The notes under the pieces were generated by a model. The model saw nothing but the letters and a program-made list of their open reading frames with translations. It ran no database searches and was not told the DNA's origin. Shown piece by piece: positions 27,140 to 39,609 of a stretch of 64,000 nt of DNA; within the stretch, counting starts at the first letter, position 1, and each line of letters begins with the position of its first letter. The stretch comes from Octopus bimaculoides. Its lineage: Eukaryota. The stretch lies in contig NC_068982.1 of assembly GCF_001194135.2 (NCBI RefSeq), positions 19,736,897-19,800,896 of the forward strand, read 5' to 3'. The position numbers and the translations under genes are program-made.

Positions 27140-27500
27140 ATTATTTCACATGTCCTAGTTGTGGAAGGACATATAAAATAATTGAGCAAGGAACGACCCC
27201 AAAATTCAAGAATGGGAAGGTACTCGAAGTGAATGCAAACATGGATTGCCAAATAATAATTCTCATCCATTGCATCACATACCTGCAATGCACCGAAATC
27301 TACACTGGAGAAACAGGGTGTAAACCAACCAGTTATGTAAACGTGCATAAAGCAAGAAATCAAAGATTTATCTCTTAGAAATGTTTCGAGACATCTGTGC
27401 AAATGGAAAATTTAAATTATTCCCGTTTTACAAAACAGAAGATGGAAAATGATCGCCTAAGAAGGACAAAAGAAGGATACTTTATGAGACAGTATTTTTT
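27140..27500 (+). mobile_element. Penelope-like element, GIY-YIG endonuclease remnant
   Basis: CPSCGRTYKII..NMDCQ..LIHCITYLQCTEIYTGETG, then after frameshifts GKFKLFPFYK and RRTKEGYFM. Confidence 0.8.
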
Positions 27501-27924
27501 TCAAAAGTAAAGAGAAACTCGAAGGAGATAATACTATAAACGATAGTGTGTTAATTGGTTAAAAATGCCTTTAGATAGAAAACCTCAAAGGCTGCGCGTT
27601 GAGCTCGAACTTACACCTTGTGTAAACAGGACAGACGCCAACAACATACAATTTTCGCTGGTGAGAATAAAGTTTCTAAGATGGCAAGAATAATTCGAAG
27701 GATAGATTTGTTTCAATGGTAGGACGTCTGTTATGTTTAACGAACACACGCAACCTTTACTTCGCCTAACTAAAGGTTTCTTTACCCATTATTCACACGT
27801 TATTAAATATAGCTTTATCCGCTTTGAGCGTCATAGGTCCAAATATGAATTATTTGACTTTCTTTCGAAGCTTCTACCTTCTTATGACGTAAGCAATATA
27901 TATGTGTGCGTGTGTCCGTGTACG

Positions 27925-27993
<69 letters not shown>

Positions 27994-30929
27994 CATAGTT
28001 AATAGTTAAATATACAGTAACTCATATATTGACGGACAAAACAAACAGTATACACAGTCAAAGAAAATCATACTAATAGTCACATGCTTCACACATTACC
28101 TCTTTACAGCATTTCACTTAAGTCTGAGACCTTCTATAATTGTAGCAAATCGATATTACATGCTAGGTCTTAGAGATTCTCTAGTCATTTATTTATACGG
28201 AGAAGAAATGTCGGCCTTCTCCTTCAAAATTAGATATTGCCGCAAAAAGTTCTAGGTTGGCCGCTCTTTGACTCACATATAAAACTTGTTATTATTGAAA
28301 ATAGAAACACCTCGGATGAGAAATGAAGAATGGCATGAAATATATCTAATAGAAAAGAAATATTAAAACAGAAAATATCGAAGTGAGGGAAATTAAGTTG
28401 ATACCAGAGTAGGAGAATAAACGTTTTAATCATTAATGTCGCGTTGGGTGACCATTGATGAACTTGCCAACAGTAAGGATGTTAAAGATAAATTGGTGTC
28501 AGCAAACTCGTCATTCTATTTAATCTATTGCCTGCGGTAGAATATTACATTTACATTCTGTAAGTGAAGTGAAAAAGCTAAATCTATTATAGAATATCTT
28601 ACACAATCTTGGTTCAGCAGAAGCTTATAACCATATTAGGTCACTCACTTTCATAAAAATGCACATATTAATAAACATCTGTCAAGATCGAAACACAGGT
28701 GGCTGTGCCCATTGCGCTTGCGTATAGCCTTAGCGTGAAGCAAACATACACAAGCAAACATACACTCGCGCACATACATGTACACACTCACATACACCCG
28801 CGCACACTCACGCGTGCATATGTACGTATACATGTGAGAGTGTACATTGTATGAATATATTTTGTCATAAACAGCTGAGAGAACAAACTAGCGACTGTGT
28901 AATGAATAGGAAGCATTTGTGTTACATGGTCTAAAGAAATATCCCCAATACGGACAGGGAGTCTAATGTCCTTAACGATCCCAGAAGAGTAAATCCTTCA
29001 AACATGTGAGGAATAGACATTATATAAGTATTCCTGGTGAAATTAATCGTAAAATTATTACTACGTCAAGGTTACACGTTGGAACTGCAGTCCTATTGGA
29101 ATTAGGTTGTGCTGTATCATTGAGACATAAAGCTGCTGGCAAATGCATTTTACTTTATATCAGAGGTTGCGTTTTATTCTTTATATATCCCATGGCATTG
29201 AGAAGCAATTTACAAAGATCTGTAACTTCAATTATACAATAAGCCAAGAAGTTGTTGGTTATATCATATGTATATCAAGATGGTGACAGAGAGTAGAGAG
29301 AGAGGGGGGAGAGAGAAAGATAGGAGATAGAGAACTATTGTTCAATATCTCAAGTTTAGATAAGGAGGACGGTTTGGCTATTTCACGCAGGATGGGCAAT
29401 CAGGTATCGTAGAGATTCGAAGACAACTTTGTTATTTATTCACAGTGTGCCGACGATATAACTATCACAATCAAATCAACGGTAGCAAAGTTCAGACAAT
29501 TAACAACTATCATTGTAGGCATGTGAAGATTTTACATCTGTGTATGTATGTATGTATGTATGTATGTATCTTTCAATATCAGTAAGGATCCCTATCTCCG
29601 TCCAGCTGTACCTTAATAGCAGCTCGCAAAGTTCATCTTCAAAATATACTTTGATACAGCAATTTTAGCTAGAGCATCGTTCTCTCTCAACTCCTCCACC
29701 TCTTCCTCCTCCTCATTCTACTACTACTACTACTACTACCACCATCACCACCACCACCACTACTATCACTATCGCTACTGTTGATGCTGCTGCTGCTGCT
29801 GCTGCTGCTGCTACAAAGAGATGCTTACCGAGAAAAACATCAGCGAGCAATTAGATTATATAATGCTTCTTACCTATTTGAGATTTGGCGGAAGTCAGAG
29901 CGTTTAAACCCGACATGCAATAATGCATCTATTCATTCTCACCTCGTTCTGAAAGATTCGAACGTGTTCCTTCTCTCGTCAGTTTCATCGCTGCGATTGG
30001 TAACTTTGGCTAAGGAAGCAGTCAAAACAGACTGAACCGAACGTTAATTTCTTAAAACGTCTAATGCGAGAACGCTCGTGCATAACTAAATTTATAAATA
30101 TAAATACACATACATTGTGCACACGCACACACTCACACATACAGATATATATACTCACAAAAATATACACGCTTATATATGTAAATATATATGTACATAT
30201 ATGCACAGCGGAGTTTAGGATCAATCTGTGCTTAACGGCTTTACTCTGCGTGGTTTAGCTTTGTCATTATGGCAACAGTCCGGATATTTATTGATCATAC
30301 CACATATGTGTGTTTCTATATATCTGTTGTAATGTAATTTGTTACGTACAATTAATAACGTAACCAGACAACAGTAAAAACAACGTAACGAACTAACAAA
30401 TAATGGTACTGTGAATATATATATATATATATANNNNNNNNNNNNNNNNNNNNNNNNNNNNNNNNNNNNNNNNNNNNNNNNNNNNNNNNNNNNNNNNNNN
30501 NNNNNNNNNNNNNNNNNNNNNNNNNNNNNNNNNNNNNNNNNNNNNNNNNNNNNNNNNNNNNNNNNNNNNNNNNNNNNNNNNNNNNNNNNNNNNNNNNNNN
30601 NNNNNNNNNNNNNNNNNNNNNNNNNNNNNNNNNNNNNNNNNNATATACCAGCATTATACATTTTCTTCATGCGTGATATGAGCACAAGTGTGGGACTTCA
30701 CTGATTTTTGACGCTAAACTTGCTCCATAAAGTTGTAAATCCATATGTTCATCCATTGATGCTTTCCTGAGAATTACGTGATGACATGACTATGTGCTCT
30801 GCATATATATATATATATATATATATATGCATATGTATAATTTCATGGAAGTATATGTCTTTTATGCATACTGTCGAGAAAATGCATAATGTATTTATAA
30901 TCGATATCCAAACGTATCTACTTTGGATG

Positions 30930-31910
30930 ATGGTGAATTGGACGGCATGTCGTGACTGAAATTTTGAAGTATGAAAAGTTGCTTTCTTGCATATTTAAGA
31001 AGTTCACTGTTGCTGCTATGATATTTTATGGCCTTAGCTATGCTGCTCCAGCTTATAAGGGGTCGTTGAATTTCTCCTCTAAAAGTGTCCGTACCATATT
31101 AGAGAAAGATGTGCTTCTTTTGCTTTTGTCTCTGAACGAAGCTAAATGCTGCGTATATCTTTCTATCAAAGTGTTTCCCATCATGTTGTAGTTCCATTCA
31201 AATGCGCAATGTTGGCCTTATAAACTAATAATTTTTTCTGCATGCCTCTATTGCTCACCGGACAGTTGTCTGGAGATCTAAAATTACAGGAACTTGAATG
31301 GTGGGGTCTAATGTTTCTATTGTTTCTGATTTTAAATGATCGACGCTATGTTGGGAAGGCAGCTATAGCTAACTTTGATTATATTGCTATTGAAGATCTA
31401 CTGGTATGTATGTGAGTGAGAGAAGTAGTCATCGATAAGTTCCAGGAATTTTCTAGCAATGATCATGGCCACATTCATGCTCTATAGAGGACTGTGCCAT
31501 CATATTTTTTTTTTGTCTAAGCATGTTGGCGTATCTACATTTCATTCAATATTAGTTATGCTACTCTGAAAATTGGATCTTTCTAATGCGGCGCTGTAGT
31601 ATGAGAGTGCCTTTCTGAAAGTTGCATTAATAGCGGATAGGTTGGAAACACACCTAGTAATGTTTTTACCTAATTCTTTGATTATTAGTGATAGGCCGCT
31701 ATAACTTTCTTTTGACTTATAGTGGGGCTTGCGTTTGCTTGTCCTCAGATTCATAGTACTTAAGGTTAGTGTTAATCGTAGTTTTTAGATTCATTTGGCT
31801 AAATATTTTGCAATCTTTTCTTTATCATATCCATATTGCGTCCATTTCTGTTCTGTACTATTCCAAAACCGTCGTCCCTATATAGATCCAGGTCGGCTTC
31901 TTTTATCACT
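30930..31910 (-). mobile_element. Penelope-like element, RT C-terminus plus GIY-YIG remnant
   Basis: LYRDDG (31868-31882), KESYSGLSLIIKEL..RCVSNLS..YYSAAL, RKFLELIDDYF..IFNSNIIKVSYSCLPNI, ERYTQHLASF, ISWSSIAKA. Many stops. Confidence 0.85.
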
Positions 31911-31917
31911 TTTTATG

Positions 31918-31957
<40 letters not shown>

Positions 31958-32445
31958 NNNNNNNNNNNNNNNNNNNNNNNNNNNNNNNNNNNNNNNNNNN
32001 NNNNNNNNNNNNNNNNNNNNNNNNNNNNNNNNNNNNNNNNNNNNNNNNNNNNNNNNNNNNNNNNNNNNNNNNNNNNNNNNNNNNNNNNNNNNNNNNNNNN
32101 NNNNNNNNNNNNNNNNNNNNNNNNNNNNNNNNNNNNNNNNNNNNNNNNNNNNNNNNNNNNNCTTTTAAAGGCATTTATTAACTTAAACGGTTTCGTTTTC
32201 CATGTTTACGTATTTCGTGTTGTTTACGTTTTTTGACGTCCTGTACCCGTATATGCATGTGTATATGCATATATATTTAAGTCTGTAAATGTATGTATAT
32301 ATGCATATATGTATATATATATATATATATATTGTTGTATTTGGAGATGGTGATGTCGCCAGTTTAGCCAATAATAAGACACGCATTATATATTTGGTGT
32401 TCATTTGCTTCTGCTTAATTTTATTTTTTTACATTAGTCGTATTT

Positions 32446-32488
32446 TGGCCAGTTCTTTCGTCACACTTCTGTGACCTCATCAGTGGTC
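32446..32488 (-). ncRNA. minimal hammerhead motif (2-nt deletion at the cleavage site)
   Basis: GACCA-CTGATGA-G-GTCACA-GAAG-TGTGAC-GAAA-GAACT-GGCC. Confidence 0.7.
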
Positions 32489-32718
32489 CTTTGCTTTCTT
32501 CTTTCTTATTTGTGTGTCTTTCATTACTAACACTCAGCCATTTTGAGGAATGTTTGATAGTGAAAAATGAAGTTGCCTTATAAATATAGAGTGCGTATAT
32601 CTCGAAATAGATATATTTGTTTTATATTACTAAGGAAACAACCGCGGTGCTTATATATTTACAAAATGACTGATCGTTAGTAAGGAAAGTCACACAAATA
32701 AAAAAGAAGAAAGCAAAG

Positions 32719-32761
32719 GACCACTGATTAGGTCACAGAAGTGTGACGAAAGAACTCTGGC
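32719..32761 (+). ncRNA. minimal hammerhead motif (G8 to T core mutation)
   Basis: GACCA-CTGATTA-G-GTCACA-GAAG-TGTGAC-GAAA-GAACTC-TGGC. Confidence 0.7.
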
Positions 32762-33101
32762 AGAAATACGATTAATGTAAAAAAATAAAATAAAGCTGAA
32801 GGAAATTAACACCAAATATATAGTGCGTGTGTTTTTATTGGCTAAACTGGCAACATGACCATTCCCAAATGCAACAATATCTCTTTCAACACATGATTTC
32901 GCATCAAGAATCTTGCAAAACGAATATATAAATGTATAAGCTGTAATTTTTTGTATAATTATATATTGTTAGTATAACAATACATAAAAACGGGCTAGAG
33001 TTGAAGTGCTCAGCATGAGCTAGAATTCACGTTATAGTAAGAATGGATACATAAGGGTGGAAGACCGCAGGAACAATACCGTATATCCAACGCAAGATCT
33101 A

Positions 33102-33138
<37 letters not shown>

Positions 33139-33574
33139 CGATTCCTTCAAGAATCAATAAATAAATTTATAGTTTTCTGTCTCTAAAATGTGTAAAAAGT
33201 AAGGTACAATAAAGTAAACAGGCATACACAACGATATAAACTTTAGAAATATCATGAATGTTTAAAATATTTATTTAAAAATATTTATAAGCATGCATAG
33301 TTTCCACGTTGTATAAAAATATGACAATTAAAGATAATACATTACGATATATAAACGTACAGTATGATTTAACATATAATGGGTAAATATATACGATATG
33401 ATACAATTTGATATGAAATTATAAATTTACATGTATTATATTAAAAACGTGTACATTAAAACGCACACACACACACACACACATATATATTAAATCTTGC
33501 GCTGGATATACGGTATTGTTCCTGTGGTCTTCCACCATTATGTATCCATTCTTACTATAATATAAACGTATATA

Positions 33575-33735
33575 TATATACGACAATCACCGTTCAGTAT
33601 TCGTTTACCAAATCCATTCATAAGGCCTTGGTCAGTCGAAGACTTCACTTAAAGGCACTTGCCCAAGTTGCAACGTGCTGAGACTGAACCCGGAACCCTG
33701 TAATTAGAAAGAAGACTTCTTATCACACAGCAACT
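33575..33735 (-). mobile_element. family A SINE 5' part, degenerate
   Basis: ccaaatccattcataaggccttggtc..cacttgcccaag..gactgaacccggaacc..cttatcacacagc. Confidence 0.75.
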
Positions 33736-34739
33736 GTAATACAAATAGATTTTCATTAGGAACAATTTCTGAACATAGCAATCTACGAACGGTTTGAAAT
33801 CTATAATATTTTATTATACGCTTTGTTGAACGTATTAGAACTGGCAAACACTGAGCAGTCATGAAGACATGCTTTGTTCGGAATTAATGAATAAACACGA
33901 ATATATCTTCGCAGTACTTCTATTCGAATATTTTATACATGCAAAATTTAGAGCGAGTAAATCAAGAAATGTGGTAGGAATGTGTGTGAAAGAAATTAGC
34001 AGACATATAGACAGGGAAAAATAATACCACAGGGAAAACAGAATCCTGATTGACAGGGTGTGGTTCCATGTAAGCTTCTTTTGCGCATGAACGGATTACT
34101 TGATGCAAAATGTGAATTTGCTGAGAAGTTGAAGGTAGGTTACATGTACGTTGAACGTTGCAATACATACAAACACATACAAAAACATACGTTAACTTCC
34201 ATACATATTTATTACACGTACAAGTTAAAATATGCATTTAAAAACGCCCATGAATATAATTCAACATACACACACACGTACACACAAACACATACTCAGC
34301 CACAGACACACATGCACACACACACATCTAAATATATAAGCACCGCGGTTGTTTCCTTAGTAATATAAAACAAATATATCTATTTCGAGATATACGCACT
34401 CTATTTTTATAAGGCAACTTCCTATCGGTTTTCTTTTCACCATCAAGCATTCCTCGACTACCGTTTCAACCATTTTATATCTGTTGATTTTTATCATCAT
34501 ATTTCTCATTGTTTATTTAGTTTTATTGTTCCTATGGCAGTGTAGTTTGAGAGCAGGACAACATATGACGTATACACCGTCTAATTATTATCTATCTGTA
34601 TGTCTGTTCTGAGGTAAATGACTCCAGTTTCACCGTTTAACTTTTTCCGATGCCGATTAAGCTATGCACTAGAAAAGTACTGCAGCTGATTTAATCGACT
34701 ACACCCTTTACTCGAAAGTAGCTATCTCTTGCTGTTTTG

Positions 34740-34856
34740 AGGAGAGAAGAAGAAGAAGAAGAAGAAGAAGAAGAAGAAGAAGAAGAAGAAGAAGAAGAAG
34801 AAGAACAACAACAACAACAACAACAACAACAAGAAGAACAAGAAGAAGAAGAAGAT

Positions 34857-34887
<31 letters not shown>

Positions 34888-34895
34888 AAGAAGAA

Positions 34896-34940
<45 letters not shown>

Positions 34941-34995
34941 GAAGAAGAAGAAGAAGAAGAAGAAGAAGAAGAAGAAGAAGAAGAAGAAGAAGAAT
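34740..34995. repeat. compound triplet microsatellite (GAA/CAA/GAG/GAT)
   Basis: Seen directly. Similar arrays lie at about 14545-14675, 22585-22738, 47275-47560, 48840-49300, 58660-58830 and 59085-59240. Confidence 0.95.
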
Positions 34996-34999
34996 CCTT

Positions 35000-35611
35000 T
35001 CTATTAAAGGCACAAGGCCTGAAACTTGTGGGGAGGGGGCTGGTCGATTATATCGCCCTCGGGGTATAATTGGTGCTAATTTCACCAAACACAGAAAGGA
35101 TGAAAAGCAAATTCGACCTCGGCGTAATTTGAACTCAGAACGTAAACAGGAACAAAATAGCGCAAAGCATTTTACCAACAATAATAATTATTGTCATGTC
35201 TTTATTGCCCACGGGGGGGTGGGGGCTAAACATAGAGGAGACAAAGACAGTCAAAGGGATTAAAGTCGATTGCATCGACCCCAGTGCGTAAATGGTACTT
35301 CTTTAATCGACACCCCGAAAGCATGAAAGGGAAAGTCTACTTCGGCAGAATTTGAACTCAGAATGTAGCGACGACCGAAATGCGGCTAAGCATTTCGTCC
35401 GGCGCGCTAACGATTCTGCGAGTTCGCCGCCATTAAAAAAATTATAATGGTAATAACAAGAACAACAAGGATAATAGTAATAATGGTTTCAAATTTTGTC
35501 ACAAGGGCAGCAATTTTAGGGGAGGGGATGAGACGATTACATCGACCCCAGTGTTCCATTGGTACTTACTTTATCGACCCCGAAAGGATGAGAAGCAAAG
35601 TCGACCTCAGC

Positions 35612-35612
<1 letters not shown>
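35000..35612 (-). mobile_element. three tandem family B SINE copies
   Basis: The family core recurs at about 35000-35170, 35215-35432 and 35483-35612 in the same orientation, separated by TAA/CAA-rich spacers. Confidence 0.85.
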
Positions 35613-35657
<45 letters not shown>

Positions 35658-35661
<4 letters not shown>

Positions 35662-35975
35662 GCCCGGATGCAGTACGAGGCAGTGGCTCTCATGTCTTCT
35701 GATCTTAACTAATTGGAAGTGTTATCATGTGCATTGTTTTGGCTTGGTATAAAAGATGGGCTACAGCAAATATTCTGCTTAATACCACAGATTTGCTAGT
35801 CAGTTGTTTGACCTTAACCTGTTCTGCATGTCCCTTGGTGGCTGACGATATGTGCACCTCTGATCATGAGCAGGAGTAGTGGGGGAGCATCATAGCCATG
35901 TGTTGAGATGAATTCTTTGGGGTTTGAATAATTCACCTTTGGAAATATGGGTGTTTTGCTAAACATCCTTAAGAC
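35658..35975 (-). mobile_element. retroposon 3' end with (TTA)n tail, family not assigned
   Basis: Well-preserved non-coding block ending ...tactgcatccgggca followed by (TTA)n on the minus strand. Repeat status is from recall. Confidence 0.5.
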
Positions 35976-36059
35976 GCCAAAACGTACAACGATAGGGCGG
36001 AAATATACGGAACAGTAGAGGTGAGATTCGTGACGGAGGATGAAATCAAGCAGGTTCCA

Positions 36060-37460
36060 CAACACTGACGAATTATGAAACTGCCTTCATGTCAATCTAC
36101 ATTAACCGTAGGATAATAACAATAAAGATTGGCGATGAGATTCCAAATGTAAACATCTCATGGTTTGTGGCAGTGTTCCTCTTCGACATATGGAACAGCA
36201 CTAGTATTCTACTGGTTAAGAGAGTGCAAAAATAAAATTTATTGAGCCAGAGATTTGAGAATGGAGCTGTAGATACAAAATAAATGAAGAAAGTATAGAA
36301 TTTATCCCGAACCGCATCCGTTTGTCTCTCGGCATAAAACATGGCCGCGGAAGGCGCAAAGCCAAGGTGTCACTTGAGTGGGAACACATACCATCTCAAG
36401 GTTATATGTTCACTGCAAAGAATGCAAGAAGACAGAACCGCATTCATGTCGACACCATCAACACGACAGCAATAACACCAACAATATTAACAGAAGCAGC
36501 AGCAACAGCTGAAGGCTGCATAACGTCTATAATGATTGCAAATGCAACACTAAAACCAGCAGCCGCTTATTAAGCAGTAACAACAATAAAAAAAATAATT
36601 AATAAATAAATAAAATAATACCAACAATGCAAATAGCAGAAACAAAGCAACAAAGGAATCACTGCTCCCAAAAAACCAGCACATCACCAACAACAACGGA
36701 AACTGAAAGCCCACAAATAATAAATCAAGAATATAATGATGCCCCAAGACATACTCATCCTCGCTTGAAAACAAACAGAAATGCTGTGTGACGCAAACTA
36801 GGAAGCAAATGACAATAAATAACGGTCAAGAATACAAGTAAGATAAAAACAATGACGCCGAGACAGAAAACGGGGATGCGCAAACGGGCGGAAGAAACAA
36901 CTCCTAACATCAAACCACAATCACCATGTCCAGTAACAATACAAATACTATCAACAACATCATCACTATCACTATCGCTGCTTACACAGTCACCACCTAC
37001 TAACATAGAGACAACTGTTATTACACAAAACATTACATGCGCAAACCAAGGACAACCGCCAAGGGAAATTACACCCAAGAATACAGGCAACGTAGGGTTA
37101 AAGAAATACATAAATCAGCAGACACACATAACTCAGAATAATTTCGTAACACATACATATGACTCATTAACACATATACAAATTATCCGTTAAGTGCGAT
37201 ATATACACAGCAAATATCTTGACGAAGTACTGAACTTCAGAGGTGATATCCCAACAAGAGCAACAACATCAGCAGTATAAACTACGGTAGCATTAACGGC
37301 AGGTGGCCGTAACAACATCAACAATGATAGCAACTGCAACACTAAAGCCAGCAGTGACGAGAGAAGTAATAACTGCAACGAAATATATTTATAAAGACCT
37401 GCCTGTGGAAACACACGCAGCCGACCTGTTGGATGGTACACCGGTCCCTCCATAGGAATA
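36060..37460 (+). mobile_element. decayed gag/ORF1-like element with a zinc-knuckle remnant
   Basis: EGAKPR-C-HL-S-GNTY-H-LKVI-C at 36368-36409 matches CX2CX4HX4C with one C to S change (TGT to AGT). Low-complexity ACA-rich tail. Confidence 0.5.
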
Positions 37461-38465
37461 AGATATCACCTTTCTCATCTTCCCGCACTAAAATTTTTGG
37501 CCTTGTGACGACGAGATAAATTGCTATACTTACAAATTTAGTGTGTATGCAAGGCAGTGTATAAAAACACATACACACATACACACACACACGCACCGTC
37601 GGATAAAATACCTGGCAGTAATTTTTGTTTTATACAATTAATCTTGCCGAAATCAATTTCGTGTTTCTTCGATTCGGTTTAAAAAAATAAGATCCAAGAA
37701 TTTATTGTTGATTTAATCGATTGCCCTCTTTTCTCAAAATCTATAACTGTGTTTCCATATCAGAAATTACTTCAGTAGTCTGGTGTCAGGTAACAGAAAC
37801 GTTAGAGTGTTTTGAAAAATACTTGTGACCTATTTCAACCTTTTTATTTTCGTTTTTGACTTTTCAATTTCACCAAGGACAAGTAGTAAACCATTTAACT
37901 GCATTCATTAAAATTAAATAGAATTGTTTATATAAATTTCATAGTTTTGCACAGAAGTAGAGAGCCATTAAGTAGGCAGGTAAATATTTTGAAAATGTTG
38001 AAAGTACATTTACAATTTAGTAAAAGCGTTTTTTTTTTCTTTTCGCATACGCAGATGAGATACTATATTCAGGAAATAAATTTAGTTTCCATTCTGTATT
38101 TTCTGTTGTAGATAAAGGAAAGCAGTTATTAGTTCAGCGTAGAGTATTTATTTAAATGCCTAACATTTTGCGCTCAACTTCCATCGAGGATATATTTTGC
38201 CTCTTTTGCATTCTGAATATAATAAATAAATAAATAAATAGATAAAGAAGACGTATTTATTTCCAAGGTTTTATGTTCACAGCAAAGAATGCAAGAAGAC
38301 AGAACCACTTATCTGTCGACACCATCAACACGACAGCAATAATACCAACAACATAAATACATCCCAACAATGACCATCCTATCCTCTTTTACGGAAAATT
38401 AGGACATTATTTAATGTACACGTCTTTTTTGTAAGATAACAGCCTGTAAATATATTGTTGTTGTT

Positions 38466-38841
38466 GGCACTCCGTCGCTTACGACGTTGAGGGTTCCAGT
38501 TGATCCGATCAACGGAACAGCCTGCTCGTGAAATTAACGTGCAAGTGGCTGAGCACTCCACAGACACGTGTACCCTTAACGTAGTTCTCGGGAATATTCA
38601 GCGTGACACAGTGTGACAAGGCTGACCCTTTGAATTACAGGCACAACAGAAACAGGAAGTAAGAGTGAGAGAAAGTTGTGGTGAAAGAGTACAGCAGGGT
38701 TCGCCACCATCCCCTGCCGGAGCCTCGTGGAGCCTAAGGTGTTTTCGCTCAATAAACACTCACAACGCCCGGTCTGGGAATCGAAACGGCGATCCTATGA
38801 CCACGAGTCCGCTTCCCTAACCACTGGGCCATTGCGCCTCC
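38466..38841 (-). mobile_element. well-preserved tRNA-derived SINE (family D)
   Basis: GGAGGCGCAATGGCCCAGTGGTTAGG A box, GTTTCGATTCCC B box, 3' end CGTCGTAAGCGACGGAGTGCC followed by (AAC)n. Confidence 0.9.
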
Positions 38842-39049
38842 GCTGTAAAAATATAAGCGAGATGTAACTAATGTGTCTCAGACGGCGATCGACAACATAG
38901 ATGCTGGCTTGTTGACTTGATCAGTAATAGCTGATGCTGTTGCTGCCGTAGGTAACACCAGGCCAGTCGTGATTGAGCAGGTGTATCACCATGTGAGTTT
39001 CAAATATGTCCACCTCATTCTTTTTAACCCAGTCATAGTGTATTCTCTT

Positions 39050-39609
39050 TACTCTCTTTTACTCTTTTACTTGTTTCAGTCATTTGACTGCGGCCATGCT
39101 GGAGCACCGCCTTTAGTCGAGCAAATCGATCCCAGGACGTATTCTTTGTAAGCCTAGTACATATTATATCGGTCTATTTTGCCGAACCGCTAGCTTACAG
39201 GGACGTAAACACACCAGCATCGGTTGTCAAGCGATGTTGGGGGGACAAACACAGACACACAAACATATACACACTCATACATACATATATATAAATATAT
39301 ATGTATNNNNNNNNNNNNNNNNNNNNNNNNNNNNNNNNNNNNNNNNNNNNNNNNNNNNNNNNNNNNNNNNNNNNNNNNNNNNNNNNNNNNNNNNNNNNNN
39401 NNNNNNNNNNNNNNNNNNTTATATATATATATACACATATATATATGATGGTCCTCTTTCAGTTTCCGTATACCAAATCCACTCACAAGGCTTAGGTCGG
39501 CCCGAGGCTATAGTTGAAAGACACATGCGCAAGGTGCCAGGCGGTGGAACAGAATCCGGAACCATGTGGTTGGTAAGCAAGCTACTTACCACACAGCCAC
39601 TCCTACGCC
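39050..39609 (-). mobile_element. family A SINE, full length with internal (TA)n and gap
   Basis: Head rc of cttaccacacagccactcctacgcc; tail rc of cttgtttcagtcatttgactgcggccatgctggagcacc. Confidence 0.92.

Larger units (their letters stand above)
32330..34455. repeat. nested inverted-repeat complex (A-B-A'...C..C'...B'), PLE pseudo-LTR-like
   Basis: A 32330-32531 / A' 32676-32880; B 32545-32661 / B' 34329-34455; C 33032-33101 / C' 33490-33560. Each pair is reverse-complementary by eye. Confidence 0.85.

Noticed and set aside
29949-29988. Minus-strand TGAAA-CTGACGA..TTC-GAA-TC-TTTCA hammerhead-like string
   Set aside because: Helix III is absent and would need an assumed 3-nt deletion; a single copy cannot support it.
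38925-38992. Plus-strand candidate exon IADAVAAVGNTRPVVIEQVYHH with a GTGAGT donor
   Set aside because: Short, isolated between two SINEs, with no partner exon or homology recognised.
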